Shown here piece after piece: positions 36,214 through 45,454 of a DNA stretch of 64,000 bases. The notes beneath the pieces were generated by a model. It was not told where the DNA came from. It ran no database searches and was given only the letters and a program-made list of their open reading frames with translations. The DNA is taken from contig JAUIJL010000034.1 in assembly GCA_030431255.1 (NCBI GenBank), positions 5,909 to 69,908 on the forward strand, read 5' to 3'. The translations under genes were made by a program, and so were the position numbers. Each line of letters opens with the position of its first letter. Position 1 is the first letter of the stretch. This DNA comes from Thermoanaerobaculia bacterium. GTDB taxonomy: Bacteria; Acidobacteriota; Thermoanaerobaculia; Multivoradales; J023.

Positions 36214-38733
36214 TCAATCGTGCCGTAGGGCGGTCATGGGGTCGACACGGGTGGCTCTCTGGGCCGGCACGGCGATGGCGACAAACGCGGTGGCCAGCAG
36301 GAGGATGCCGACCTTGAGCACGATCGACGGCTCGGTGCCGGACATGCCGTAGAGGATACCGGAAAGGGCTTTGCCCACGGCTAATCCGGCGGCGAGACCG
36401 AGGCCGAGACCGACGACCACCAGGGTCAAACCTCGACCCAGGAGATGCCGGAAGATGTCGGCGCCCGCGGCACCCAGAGACATCCGGATGCCGATCTCGT
36501 GGGTGCGGCGGGCCACGGCGTGGCTGAGCAACCCGAAGAGGCCGATGGCGGCGAGCACCAGGGCCAGACCACCGAAGAGGCTCACCAGCTTGGCGCCGGC
36601 TCGGGCCGGCATCAACGAGGCGTCGAGATGTTGGTCCATGGTGCGGACGTTGTAGACGGCGACTTGAGGATCGAGCTCGGCGATGATCGACCGGACGGCG
36701 GGCTCGAGGGCCGTCGGCGAGCCTTCGGTGCGGATATGGAGTTGCTGCTTGGGCTCCCAGGCTTGGCGCATGGAGATGTAAACGTGGGGTTTGGCGGCCT
36801 CCCGGCGGCTCAGATATTTGCCGTTGGCCACGATTCCGATCACCTCTCGCCAAGCGCCGCTGGTCCAGAGTCGGCTACCCAGGGCGTTGCCGTCCTTCCA
36901 GAATCGGTCCGCCAGGGCTTGGTTGATCACCACCACCGGAGCACCCTCGGCGTTGTCGTAACCCTCGAAGCCACGGCCTTGGAGCACGGGGATGCCCAAG
37001 GTCTCGAAATATCCGTCGGAGACCACGTTGTACTCCGGATTCATACGCTCGCCTTCGGCGGGGGTATAACCCTCCACATCGATGGTTTGTTGTTGGCTGC
37101 TGAAAAGGGTCAAGGGCGCGACCTCGCCGAAAGAAACACTGGTCACACCCGGCAAAGCCGCGGCTTTCTCCCGCACTCGATCGAGAAAGGCCAGGCCGGA
37201 AGCGTCGTCGTAGCCGTGCAGGGAGGGATCCATGGCCGCCAGCAATAGGCCTTCGGATTGGAAACCCAAGTCCACGGAGCGCTCGTTTTCCAGCGAGCCC
37301 AAGAAGAGGCCGGCGGTGATCAACAACATCATGGAAACAGCGACCTGGAAAGCGACCAGCAGACGTCGCACGGGAATCCTCGGCTTGCCGATGGAGCTGG
37401 TGCCTCGCTCGCCCTTGAGCACCGGCACCAGATCCGGGCGGGTGGCCTGCAGGGCAGGCAGCAAGCCGAACAACAGGCCGGTGAGCAAGGTCAGGCCGAG
37501 GGAGAAGAGGAATACCCCGAGGTCGGGCGCGGTGTCGACCACCACGGGCATGCCGCCGATCAATGGGGCTTTGGCGGCGAAAGCTCGAGTCGCGCCGAGG
37601 GCCAAGAAGCTGCCGAGCACGCCGCCGATGGACGCCAGGGTGACGCTCTCCACCAGCAGCTGGCGCACCAAACGCATGCGTCCCGCGCCGATGGCGAGGC
37701 GGATGCCGATCTCCTTTTGCCGCTCCTCGGCACGGGCCAACAGCAGCCCCGCGACGTTGGCGCAGGCGATCAAGAGCACCGCGCCCACCAGCCCGAGCAT
37801 GGCCCAGGAGCTGAGGTCGATCGCTTTCTTGACATCGGGAGGCAGAGGCGAGACTCCGGCGTGCACGTCGACGCCCCAACCCTCGTTTCGATCCGGATAT
37901 CTCTCCTTTAGCGCCGCCACGGAGACGTTCAACCGCGATTGTGCCTGCTCGATGCCGACGCCGTCGGGCAAGCGAGCGGCGGTCATCAACCAGCCGGAGC
38001 CACGGGAATCCAAGACGGTGTCCTTGGCCGGCTGCAAGACGGGCTGCATTTGGAGGGGAATCCACAGGTCGAGGATCATGCCCGGAAAGGTGCCCTGCCA
38101 TTGGGGCTGGGTCACGCCGATCACGGTGAACGGCTCGCTGTTGATCAGGATCTTTTTGCCGACCACCGCCGGATCAGCCCCGAATCGCAGCCGCCAGAGA
38201 CGATCACCGATCACCGCGACCGGGTGCCCGGAGCGGATTTCGTCTTCCTCCGGGCCGAACACCCGTCCGAGGGCCGCGGACACTCCCAGGGTGTCGAAGT
38301 AGTTGCCGCTGGCGACCACCGTCGGTAGGCGCTCGTGGTGACCGTCGATGGAGACGTTCGCCGGCAGCACGCCGTAGGCGGCGATGTTCTCAAAGGCGGG
38401 CGCATCGGATTGACCGTTGAGGTCCCGCAGGTCCGCGTAGTTGGGGTAGGAGAGGCTCGCCAGGTTGAAACCCGGGTAGGTGCCGTAAAGGCGAGCCAGC
38501 CGCTCGGGCTCCTGCACGAAAGGCTCGCGCAGGGTGACGGCGTTGACCAGGGTGAACACGGAAGCGTTCAATCCGATCGCCAGGGTGGCGCAGATCACTA
38601 CCAGCACGCTGGTGCGCGGGCGGTGCAGAATTTGTCGAAAGGAAAATCGAATATCGCGCAAGAGATCGTCCATGGGGGTCTCCGAAGATGGTTTCAGCCG
38701 TGCTCCTCGAATAAGACGTAGATGAGCAGCCAT
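36214..38733 (-). CDS. ADOP-family duplicated orphan permease (two FtsX/MacB-like domains)
   Basis: 839 aa. The N-terminus RDIRFSFRQILHRPRTSVLVVICATLAIGLNASVF is typical of ADOP/MacB-type permeases. There are two repeated 4-TM FtsX modules, each preceded by a large extracytoplasmic domain, and no adjacent ABC ATPase. Confidence 0.8.
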   Translation of the reverse strand: MAAHLRLIRGARLKPSSETPMDDLLRDIRFSFRQILHRPRTSVLVVICATLAIGLNASVFTLVNAVTLREPFVQEPERLARLYGTYPGFNLASLSYPNYADLRDLNGQSDAPAFENIAAYGVLPANVSIDGHHERLPTVVASGNYFDTLGVSAALGRVFGPEEDEIRSGHPVAVIGDRLWRLRFGADPAVVGKKILINSEPFTVIGVTQPQWQGTFPGMILDLWIPLQMQPVLQPAKDTVLDSRGSGWLMTAARLPDGVGIEQAQSRLNVSVAALKERYPDRNEGWGVDVHAGVSPLPPDVKKAIDLSSWAMLGLVGAVLLIACANVAGLLLARAEERQKEIGIRLAIGAGRMRLVRQLLVESVTLASIGGVLGSFLALGATRAFAAKAPLIGGMPVVVDTAPDLGVFLFSLGLTLLTGLLFGLLPALQATRPDLVPVLKGERGTSSIGKPRIPVRRLLVAFQVAVSMMLLITAGLFLGSLENERSVDLGFQSEGLLLAAMDPSLHGYDDASGLAFLDRVREKAAALPGVTSVSFGEVAPLTLFSSQQQTIDVEGYTPAEGERMNPEYNVVSDGYFETLGIPVLQGRGFEGYDNAEGAPVVVINQALADRFWKDGNALGSRLWTSGAWREVIGIVANGKYLSRREAAKPHVYISMRQAWEPKQQLHIRTEGSPTALEPAVRSIIAELDPQVAVYNVRTMDQHLDASLMPARAGAKLVSLFGGLALVLAAIGLFGLLSHAVARRTHEIGIRMSLGAAGADIFRHLLGRGLTLVVVGLGLGLAAGLAVGKALSGILYGMSGTEPSIVLKVGILLLATAFVAIAVPAQRATRVDPMTALRHD

Positions 38734-38776
38734 TTGTTTCAGGGTTTGTCACACCCGAGGTGCTCGGAGCGCCGCC

Positions 38777-41020
38777 GTGATACCCTCGCGGCGCCTGTCA
38801 AGCGAGCTCCCAGGCCGAATCGTGGTCTCTGGGCAGAAATTCTTCCGCGGACACCGAATGTTTCGATCCCACCGCTCCGTCCAACACCTGCCTTCCTGCT
38901 GTCTGATGCTGCTCGGCTTAGCCGTGGCATGTGGCTCGCCGTCGAGCGATCCCGCGGGCGAGGTGCCGTCGGAGTCCGCCTCGACGACCCTCGGTGTGAC
39001 CACCGAGGCATCCGACGGTCGAGGCCAGGCGCGGGATGTGGTGCTGATCACCGTCGACACCCTGCGCTTCGACGCGGTCGGTTTTTTCGACGCCGCCGGC
39101 GCCGAAGAGAGCCCGTGGCGGACGCCCACGCCGTCACTCGAAGCGATCGCGGAGGAGGGAAGGGTTTTCACCTTCGCGGTGGCCCACGCTCCCTTGACCC
39201 TGCCGTCTCACGCAAGCATGTTGACGGGCCTCTACCCCTACCAACACGGTGTGCGCGAAAACGCCGGTTTCGTGTTGCCCGAGGAGGCGCGCACCCTGGC
39301 GGAGATCCTGAAAGCCGAGGGATTCGCCACTGCCGCCTTCGTCAGCGCCTTCGTCTTGGACGGTCGTTTCGGGTTGAGCCGGGGTTTCGACGTCTACGGC
39401 GATCGCATCGCCCGCGGCGGCTCCTTCCAAGTCTCCGAGCGCCGCGGTGACGAAACCGTCGCCAAGGCCCTGGAGTGGTGGCAATCCCAAGCGGGACAGC
39501 GGCGATTCCTATGGCTGCACCTTTTCGACCCCCACGCCCCCTACGACGCCGGCTCACCCTGGTCGGAGCAGGCGACGACGCCTTACCAGGCCGAGGTGGC
39601 GGCGGTCGATGCCTACTTGCGTCCCCTCCTAGATCTCTTCGCCGCCGCCGAGCCCCGTCCGTTGGTCGCGTTCACCTCGGATCACGGCGAGGCTTTGGGG
39701 GACCACGGTGAGCTGACCCACGGCATCTTTGCCTACCAATCGACCCTGCAAGTGCCGCTTTTGGTGTGGGGCCCAGGGGTCGAGCCCGGGAGCGACGATC
39801 GCTTGGCTCGCCACATCGATCTCATGCCGACCCTGCTCGAAGGGGTCGGTCTGCCGGTGCCGTCGGATCTCCCCGGACGCTCCTTGTTGGGGCCCGACGG
39901 CGATGTCGGTGAAAGCTATTTCGAAGCCTTGTCGGGAGCCCTGAATCGGGGTTGGGCACCGCTTCGGGGTGTCATCCGCGACGGCAAGAAGTACGTCGAC
40001 TTGCCCTTGGCGGAGCTCTACGACTTAGAGGCGGATCCGCGGGAGACGAGCAATCTGGTCGCGGACCGGCGGCGAGAGGCCCAGGCCCTGCGTCAACACT
40101 TGCCGGACGCGTCCGAATGGCCGCCGGCTCGTTCGGAGCTGTCGTCAGAAGACCTCGCGCGTCTGCAGAGCTTGGGATATTTGACCGGTGATGGCGACGC
40201 CAAAGATCACTTTACCACCGACGACGACCCGAAGCGCTTGATAGATTTGGATCGCGATATCCACCGCTTCAGCGAGCTCTTTGCCGCCGGTGATCCAAAG
40301 TCCCTCGAGGCCGCCGTCCAGCTGGCGAGCTCGATGGTGGAACGGCGACCTACCATGGGAGTCGCCCACACCCAGCTGGCCCAAGCCCTGTTGGAGAGCG
40401 GCCTCCGCGACGAGGCCTTGGCGGCCATGGAGCGAGCCCGGGCGATGGATGTCGCCGGCGTGTCGTTGCTACGCCAGCTGGGGTTGTCGTTGGTCGAGGC
40501 TGGGCGGACGCTGGAGGCGCTGGAGGTCCTGCGACCCTTGGCGGACTCCGAAGACCCGGAGTCCATGGGTGCCCTGGCCATGGCTTTGTCGGAGCTGGGG
40601 CGGCTCGAGGAGGCGTCCCGATGGATGGCGTCGGCCCTGGAGCTGGCGCCCGAGGACGGCAGCTTGCAAGAGAACGCCGCGGTTTTGGCCTTGCGCCGTC
40701 AGGATGCCGCCGCCGCCATGGTCCACGGGCGCAAAGCGACGGAGCTGCGGCCGAGCTCGGCGCCGGCGTGGAACCACCTGGGGGTCGCGCTCTTCATGCA
40801 GGCCCGCCCCCTGGAGGCCCTGGAAGTGTGGCAACGGTCCGTCAGCCTCGACCCGAATCAATTCGACACCCTTTTCAATTTGGGGGTGCAAGCCGCGGAG
40901 CTGGGTCGACCCGATTTGGCGCGGCGCGCGTTGAAAGACTTCGAGGCTCGGGCGCCCCGCGACCGCTACGCCGACGACTTGCCCAAGGTGCGGGCGCTGT
41001 TGGAGCGTTTGGGGCGCTGA
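38777..41020 (+). CDS. secreted sulfatase-family protein with C-terminal TPR repeats
   Basis: 747 aa with a lipobox-like LGLAVACGS. The sulfatase core is VVLITVDTLRFDAV...PNLEA...HAPLTLPSHASMLTGLYP. TPR-like repeats follow in the last ~300 aa. Confidence 0.7.
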   Translation: MIPSRRLSSELPGRIVVSGQKFFRGHRMFRSHRSVQHLPSCCLMLLGLAVACGSPSSDPAGEVPSESASTTLGVTTEASDGRGQARDVVLITVDTLRFDAVGFFDAAGAEESPWRTPTPSLEAIAEEGRVFTFAVAHAPLTLPSHASMLTGLYPYQHGVRENAGFVLPEEARTLAEILKAEGFATAAFVSAFVLDGRFGLSRGFDVYGDRIARGGSFQVSERRGDETVAKALEWWQSQAGQRRFLWLHLFDPHAPYDAGSPWSEQATTPYQAEVAAVDAYLRPLLDLFAAAEPRPLVAFTSDHGEALGDHGELTHGIFAYQSTLQVPLLVWGPGVEPGSDDRLARHIDLMPTLLEGVGLPVPSDLPGRSLLGPDGDVGESYFEALSGALNRGWAPLRGVIRDGKKYVDLPLAELYDLEADPRETSNLVADRRREAQALRQHLPDASEWPPARSELSSEDLARLQSLGYLTGDGDAKDHFTTDDDPKRLIDLDRDIHRFSELFAAGDPKSLEAAVQLASSMVERRPTMGVAHTQLAQALLESGLRDEALAAMERARAMDVAGVSLLRQLGLSLVEAGRTLEALEVLRPLADSEDPESMGALAMALSELGRLEEASRWMASALELAPEDGSLQENAAVLALRRQDAAAAMVHGRKATELRPSSAPAWNHLGVALFMQARPLEALEVWQRSVSLDPNQFDTLFNLGVQAAELGRPDLARRALKDFEARAPRDRYADDLPKVRALLERLGR

Positions 41021-41053
41021 TGAAAACGTGGGCTCAATCGCCGAAAAAGGTCG

Positions 41054-41082
41054 TTGACAGGCCCAGAGCCCTTTGCTACATT
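41054..41082 (+). promoter_or_regulatory. sigma70-like promoter (TTGACA-17bp-TACATT) upstream of the tRNA-Val pair
   Basis: Seen directly; ideal 17-bp spacing, about 50 nt before the first tRNA. Confidence 0.35.
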
Positions 41083-41133
41083 TTGCCACCCTCGGCGGCA
41101 CGGCCCCGAAGGTTGGTTCTTTGCAGATCTTTT

Positions 41134-41210
41134 AGACCCGTAGCTCAGTTGGTTAGAGCGCTACGTTGACATCGTAGAGGTCAGCGGTTCAAGTCCGCTC
41201 GGGTCTACCA
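41134..41210 (+). tRNA. tRNA-Val (anticodon GAC)
   Basis: Folded by hand: acceptor AGACCCG/CGGGTCT, D-stem GCTC/GAGC, anticodon stem CTACG/CGTAG with loop TTGACAT, T-arm AGCGG-TTCAAGT-CCGCT, discriminator A, encoded CCA; 77 nt. Confidence 0.9.
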
Positions 41211-41256
41211 AGCTTGCACCCCCAGAACCGAAGAGGCCGGGGGAAAGCTCGGCTCT

Positions 41257-41333
41257 AGGCGCTTAGCTCAGCTGGTTAGAGCGCTGCCTTCACACGGCAG
41301 AGGTCAGCGGTTCAAGTCCGCTAGCGCCTACCA
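41257..41333 (+). tRNA. tRNA-Val (anticodon CAC)
   Basis: Folded by hand: acceptor AGGCGCT/AGCGCCT, anticodon stem CTGCC/GGCAG with loop TTCACAC, same T-arm as the neighbour, encoded CCA; 77 nt. Confidence 0.9.
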
Positions 41334-41444
41334 AAATCCTCTTCTCCCCTCAACAGCTCGAATCGCGATGGACCCTCATCAAGCCTGGGCCCGGCTCAAG
41401 GCTAAACAACGCGTTTCCGAGCCAACCCAAAGACGGTCGACACC

Positions 41445-43382
41445 ATGAGCAGTCCATCCCACGCGATCGAGCTGACCCTACCCGACGGATCCGTACGCAG
41501 CGTCGAGTCAGGGACTACCGCTCTCGACGTGGCGCGGTCCATCGGACCCGGGCTCGCCAAAGCCACCGTCGGCGCCCAATTCAACGGCGCCAATGTCGAT
41601 ATCCGTACGCCCCTGACGGAAAGCGGCAAATTTCGCCTCTTCACCACCCGCGATCCCGAAGCCGGCGATTTCATTCGCCACACGGCAGAGCATGTGTTGG
41701 CGGACGCCGTGCAGCGGCTCTGGCCGGGCACGGAGATCGACGCCGGGCGTCAAGATCACTCCGAAAAGTACCAATACGATTTTCGATTCCCGCGGGCGTT
41801 CTCGGCCGAGGATCTGGACAAGATCACGGCGGAGATGAAGAAGATCGCCAAGGAGAATCACGAGGTCCGGCGACGGGAGGTGACCCGCGCCGAAGCCGAG
41901 GAAATCTTCCGAGAGCGCGGCGCGGAGCTCAAGCTCGACCGGCTCAAAGACATTCCCGAAGGCGAGACCATCACCCTCTTCGAGCACGGTGAGTTTCTCG
42001 ACCTCTGCCGGGGTCCCCACGCCCAAAACACCAAGCAAGTGGGCGCCCTCAAGCTGATCGAAACGTCCGGCGTTTACTATCGCGGCGACGAATCCAACGA
42101 GCAGCTGCAGCGGATCTACGGCACGGCCTTCGCCTCGAAACAAGATCTGAAGGAGTACGAGGAGCGTCTGGAGCTGGCCAAGGCCCGTGACCATCGCCGT
42201 TTGGGCCAGGAGCTGGACCTCTTCAGCCTGCACCCCACCGCTCCGGCGTCCCCCTTCTTCCACCCCAAGGGCACCACCGTCTACAACGAGCTGGTGGACT
42301 TCGTCCGCGGCCTGTACGTGGAATACGGCTACAACGAGGTGGTGACCCCGCAGATCCTAGATGTCGACCTCTGGCATACCTCCGGGCACTACGCCAACTA
42401 CCGGGAGAATATGTACTTCACCGAGGTCGATGGTCGACAGTTCGCGGTCAAACCGATGAACTGCCCCACCCACTGCTTGATCTTCGGCACGCGCTTGCGG
42501 TCCTACCGCGATCTGCCGATCCGCTACGCCGACTTCGGTCGCCTGCACCGCTACGAGCGCTCCGGTGTGGTGTCCGGGCTGACCCGGGTTCGCACCTTCT
42601 GCCAAGACGACGCCCACATCTTCTGCACCCACGAGCAGGTGGAAGAAGAGGTGCTGGCGGTGGTCGACATGATCCGCACGGTCTACGAGACGTTCGGTTT
42701 CGACGACGTGGTGATCGAGGTGTCGACCCGGCCGGAGAAACGGCTGGGCAGCGACGAGCTTTGGGATCGAGCGGAAGGGGCGCTGATGAAGGCTCTGGAG
42801 CGGCGCGACATCGCCTATGAGGTCAACGAGGGCGATGGCGCGTTCTACGGCCCGAAAATCGACTTCCAAGTGCACGACGTGCTGGGTCGATCCTGGCAGC
42901 TGGGCACCGTGCAGCTCGACTATCAGCTGCCGGAGCGCTTCGAGCTCAAATACATCGGTACCGACTCGGAGGATCACCGGCCGGTGATGATCCACCGCGC
43001 CATGTTGGGCTCGTTGGAGCGTTTCTTCGGCATCCTCATCGAGCATACCGGTGGTGCTTTCCCGGCCTGGCTGGCTCCCGTGCAAGCGGTGATCTTGCCG
43101 GTGTCCGAAAAATTCCTCGACTACGGACGCAAGGTCGAGGCAGAATTGCGCGGCGCCGGCTTGCGAGTAGAGCTCGATGATCGCGGAGAGAAGCTGGGAT
43201 ATAAGATCCGTGAGGCCCAGCTGCAAAAAGTTCCCTATATGTTGATCATCGGCGCGCGCGAGGTGGAGTCCGAGACCGTCAACATCCGATTGCGAACGGG
43301 CGAGGAGCCCGGCGCCGTCAGTGTGGCGGAGGCCTGCGAGCGAATCACCGCCAAGGTGTCCGAGCGCAGCCTGGAGCTCTGA
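41445..43382 (+). CDS. thrS: threonyl-tRNA synthetase
   Basis: 645 aa with TGS, editing and class-II core plus anticodon-binding domains. Motifs include HRAMLGSLERFFGILIEH and FAVKPMNCPTHCLIF. Confidence 0.95.
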   Translation: MSSPSHAIELTLPDGSVRSVESGTTALDVARSIGPGLAKATVGAQFNGANVDIRTPLTESGKFRLFTTRDPEAGDFIRHTAEHVLADAVQRLWPGTEIDAGRQDHSEKYQYDFRFPRAFSAEDLDKITAEMKKIAKENHEVRRREVTRAEAEEIFRERGAELKLDRLKDIPEGETITLFEHGEFLDLCRGPHAQNTKQVGALKLIETSGVYYRGDESNEQLQRIYGTAFASKQDLKEYEERLELAKARDHRRLGQELDLFSLHPTAPASPFFHPKGTTVYNELVDFVRGLYVEYGYNEVVTPQILDVDLWHTSGHYANYRENMYFTEVDGRQFAVKPMNCPTHCLIFGTRLRSYRDLPIRYADFGRLHRYERSGVVSGLTRVRTFCQDDAHIFCTHEQVEEEVLAVVDMIRTVYETFGFDDVVIEVSTRPEKRLGSDELWDRAEGALMKALERRDIAYEVNEGDGAFYGPKIDFQVHDVLGRSWQLGTVQLDYQLPERFELKYIGTDSEDHRPVMIHRAMLGSLERFFGILIEHTGGAFPAWLAPVQAVILPVSEKFLDYGRKVEAELRGAGLRVELDDRGEKLGYKIREAQLQKVPYMLIIGAREVESETVNIRLRTGEEPGAVSVAEACERITAKVSERSLEL

Positions 43383-43465
43383 GCCGGACCCAGAGCCATC
43401 AGCATCTGAGAGTTTAAGAGCCCGCGGAGCCCTGAGGGATTCCGCTCAACCAAGGAGACCGACAC

Positions 43466-43660
43466 ATGCCTAAGCAAAAAAGCCATCGCGGGGCTGCGAA
43501 GCGATTCAAAGTCAGCGCATCGGGCAAAGTTTTGCGGCGGCGGTCGGAGACCAGCCACATCTTGACCAAGAAGACCACCAAGCGGAAGCGCAAGCTGCGT
43601 AAGGCGGCGCTCGTCGCTCCGGGCTTCGAGAAGACGGTCAAGAAAATGCTGCTCCACTGA
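43466..43660 (+). CDS. rpmI: 50S ribosomal protein L35
   Basis: 64 aa: [26 protein letters not shown]... Confidence 0.9.
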   Translation: MPKQKSHRGAAKRFKVSASGKVLRRRSETSHILTKKTTKRKRKLRKAALVAPGFEKTVKKMLLH

Positions 43661-43849
43661 CGCCGGCGACACCGGTCCCAGACCGGAGGTCGCAGTGGTT
43701 GCGCCGAGTTGGCGTGATCATGTTTCGAAGGTTCTCAATTAAATAATGGCTGCTGCTGGGTCCAACCTGTCCAGTGGGGCCGCATCCGGATCAAGCCGCG
43801 AGGTGCCGGATGTCAACAGCTCCCTCGGGAGCCCCAACGAGGTTCTGAA

Positions 43850-44206
43850 ATGCCTAGAGTCAAACGCGGAAATAACCGCACCAATCGCCGCCGCAGGGTG
43901 CTCAAGCTCGCCAAGGGCTTCTACGGTGCCAAGTCCAAGGCGTATCGCGTAGCCAAGGAAGCGGTGGATCGGGCCTTAGCCTATTCCTACCGTGATCGCC
44001 GCCAGAAGAAACGCCAATTCCGTCGCCTGTGGATCACCCGGATCAACGCCGGCGCGCGCCAGCACGGTCTGAGCTACAGCCGTTTTATCGACGGTCTGAA
44101 GAAAGCCGGCTCCACCATCGATCGGAAAGTTTTGGCCGATTTGGCGGTCCACGAGCCCAAGGCCTTTGCCCGTTTGGCGGAGGTGGCCAAGGAAAACCTC
44201 GGTTAA
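43850..44206 (+). CDS. rplT: 50S ribosomal protein L20
   Basis: 118 aa: [39 protein letters not shown]... Confidence 0.95.
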   Translation: MPRVKRGNNRTNRRRRVLKLAKGFYGAKSKAYRVAKEAVDRALAYSYRDRRQKKRQFRRLWITRINAGARQHGLSYSRFIDGLKKAGSTIDRKVLADLAVHEPKAFARLAEVAKENLG

Positions 44207-44265
44207 ACACAACCGGAGCATTCCTGACGATGGCCGGCGCCCAGCGGTGCCGGCCACCGTGCTAA

Positions 44266-44301
44266 GAACCACCCGTCACCACGGCGGGTGGTTCTTTCGT
44301 T
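44266..44301 (+). terminator. intrinsic terminator after rplT: GAACCACCCG-9nt loop-CGGGTGGTTC followed by TTTCGTT
   Basis: Seen directly; perfect 10-bp GC-rich stem plus T-tract. Confidence 0.55.
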
Positions 44302-44355
44302 CGGCAAATCGCCGAACTCTGACGTTCGCAGGAAACCATCTCTGAGGAAGCATCC

Positions 44356-44619
44356 ATGAGCAAAGCCTGGTTACAGGATCTCGAAGAAAAAGTACAAGAA
44401 GCGGCGACCCGCCTAAAAGAGCAAAAGGCCCTGAACCAGGAGCTCGAAGAGCAGAATTCGCAGCTACAAGAGCGGATCGAAGAGCTCGAAGCCCAAGCCG
44501 CGGACGCGGGTGACGCCGGCCAGAGCTCCGAGTGGCAGGAAGAGCGACAGGAGATCCGTGAGCGGGTCGAGAAATTGGTCGACCATTTGTCGGATTTGCT
44601 CTCCGAAGAGGATTCCTGA
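44356..44619 (+). CDS. small coiled-coil protein, ZapB-like
   Basis: 87 aa, entirely heptad-like and acidic (LEEKVQEAATRLKEQKALNQELEEQNSQLQERIEELEAQ). It lies immediately upstream of zapA. Confidence 0.45.
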   Translation: MSKAWLQDLEEKVQEAATRLKEQKALNQELEEQNSQLQERIEELEAQAADAGDAGQSSEWQEERQEIRERVEKLVDHLSDLLSEEDS

Positions 44620-44836
44620 CCTTTCGGGGGCGAGGCGCGGGGCATCGAAATCCTTTTGCCGTATGCTATATTCCTCGGGTGTCTAACTCTCTGATAGGGC
44701 AGACTTTGCCAGATGCCTCACCGGAGACTCCCGAAAATGCGGTCTCGGGCGCTCGTGTAGGTCTCGGAATCTAGTGGAACGTCCAGAGAATTCAATCATT
44801 CCGAGCCTCGATAGGCCTGAGATGCGAGATAAGAGC

Positions 44837-45133
44837 ATGGAACCCAGAAGCACCACATCGGTCGACGTGGAGATCTTTGGTTCCGTGTACCATGTGCGAG
44901 GAGAGCAGGACCGGGAGTATCTGCTGAAGCTCGCCGATATCGTGAATACGAAGATGCGCGAGATTGGTGACCACATGCCGGTGGTCGATACGGGAAAGAT
45001 CGCGATTTTGGCGGCGCTGAATCTGGCGGATGAGCTGCTCCAATGTAACCAGCAGCAGGAAGGGGAACGGGTAGAGATCATGGAGAAGGTGAACGAGCTG
45101 ACCGGAGAGCTTTCCGCAGCGCTCGAAACCTGA
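44837..45133 (+). CDS. zapA: cell division protein ZapA
   Basis: 99 aa from ATG 44837: VDVEIFGSVYHVRGEQDREYLLKLADIVNTKMREI...AILAALNLADELL matches ZapA (V.I.G..Y.l....e...l...A..v). Confidence 0.75.
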   Translation: MEPRSTTSVDVEIFGSVYHVRGEQDREYLLKLADIVNTKMREIGDHMPVVDTGKIAILAALNLADELLQCNQQQEGERVEIMEKVNELTGELSAALET

Positions 45134-45208
45134 GCCCGATCCGCGAAGCGCTCGCACAAGAAAAGGGTCCCGTTTTTTAGGACCCGGACGAATTGAAAAT
45201 CTGATTTT

Positions 45209-45371
45209 CCCGCGTGGTTCGGGTGGCTCGCCAAGTACCTAGAACCAACATTTTGCTATCGGGAGTCTTAATGCGCGTAATCTGTGCCAGCCTCGCTCGA
45301 ACGAGGACGCTGAGGATTCGCGACGCGGACACCCACCTGGTTGGAACCCGGTTCTAACCACTTCGCGCGAC
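45209..45371 (+). ncRNA. ssrS: candidate 6S RNA (ssrS) in the 320-bp zapA-rny spacer
   Basis: Positional inference: ssrS commonly follows zapA. By hand, 45211-45224 (CGCGTGGTTCGGGT) can pair with 45347-45369 (ACCCGGTTCTAACCAC-TTCGCG) as a closing stem around a ~120-nt interior containing a small hairpin CCTCGCTCGAACGAGG (45291-45306). No covariance-model test was possible. Confidence 0.25.
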
Positions 45372-45454
45372 CTCCCTCCACGCGGGGATTCAGCTTCGAG
45401 CTCTCCACCCATTCCCACCCCTGTTATCGATCTGGGGGTGGCCCAGTGAATGAA

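Noticed and set aside
36875-38302. 408-aa minus-strand and 356-aa plus-strand ORFs
   Set aside because: Alternative or antisense frames inside the ADOP permease gene.
41334-41444. T-box or leader-peptide regulatory element upstream of thrS
   Set aside because: I could not recognise a specifier loop, T-box consensus or an operator resembling a tRNA-Thr anticodon arm by eye, so it is not reported.
45165-45185. Hairpin GGGTCC-CGTTTTTTA-GGACCC as the zapA terminator
   Set aside because: On the plus strand the T-run is in the loop, not 3' of the stem, so it is not a canonical intrinsic terminator for zapA. It is kept only as an orientation-ambiguous structure in the 6S-RNA finding.
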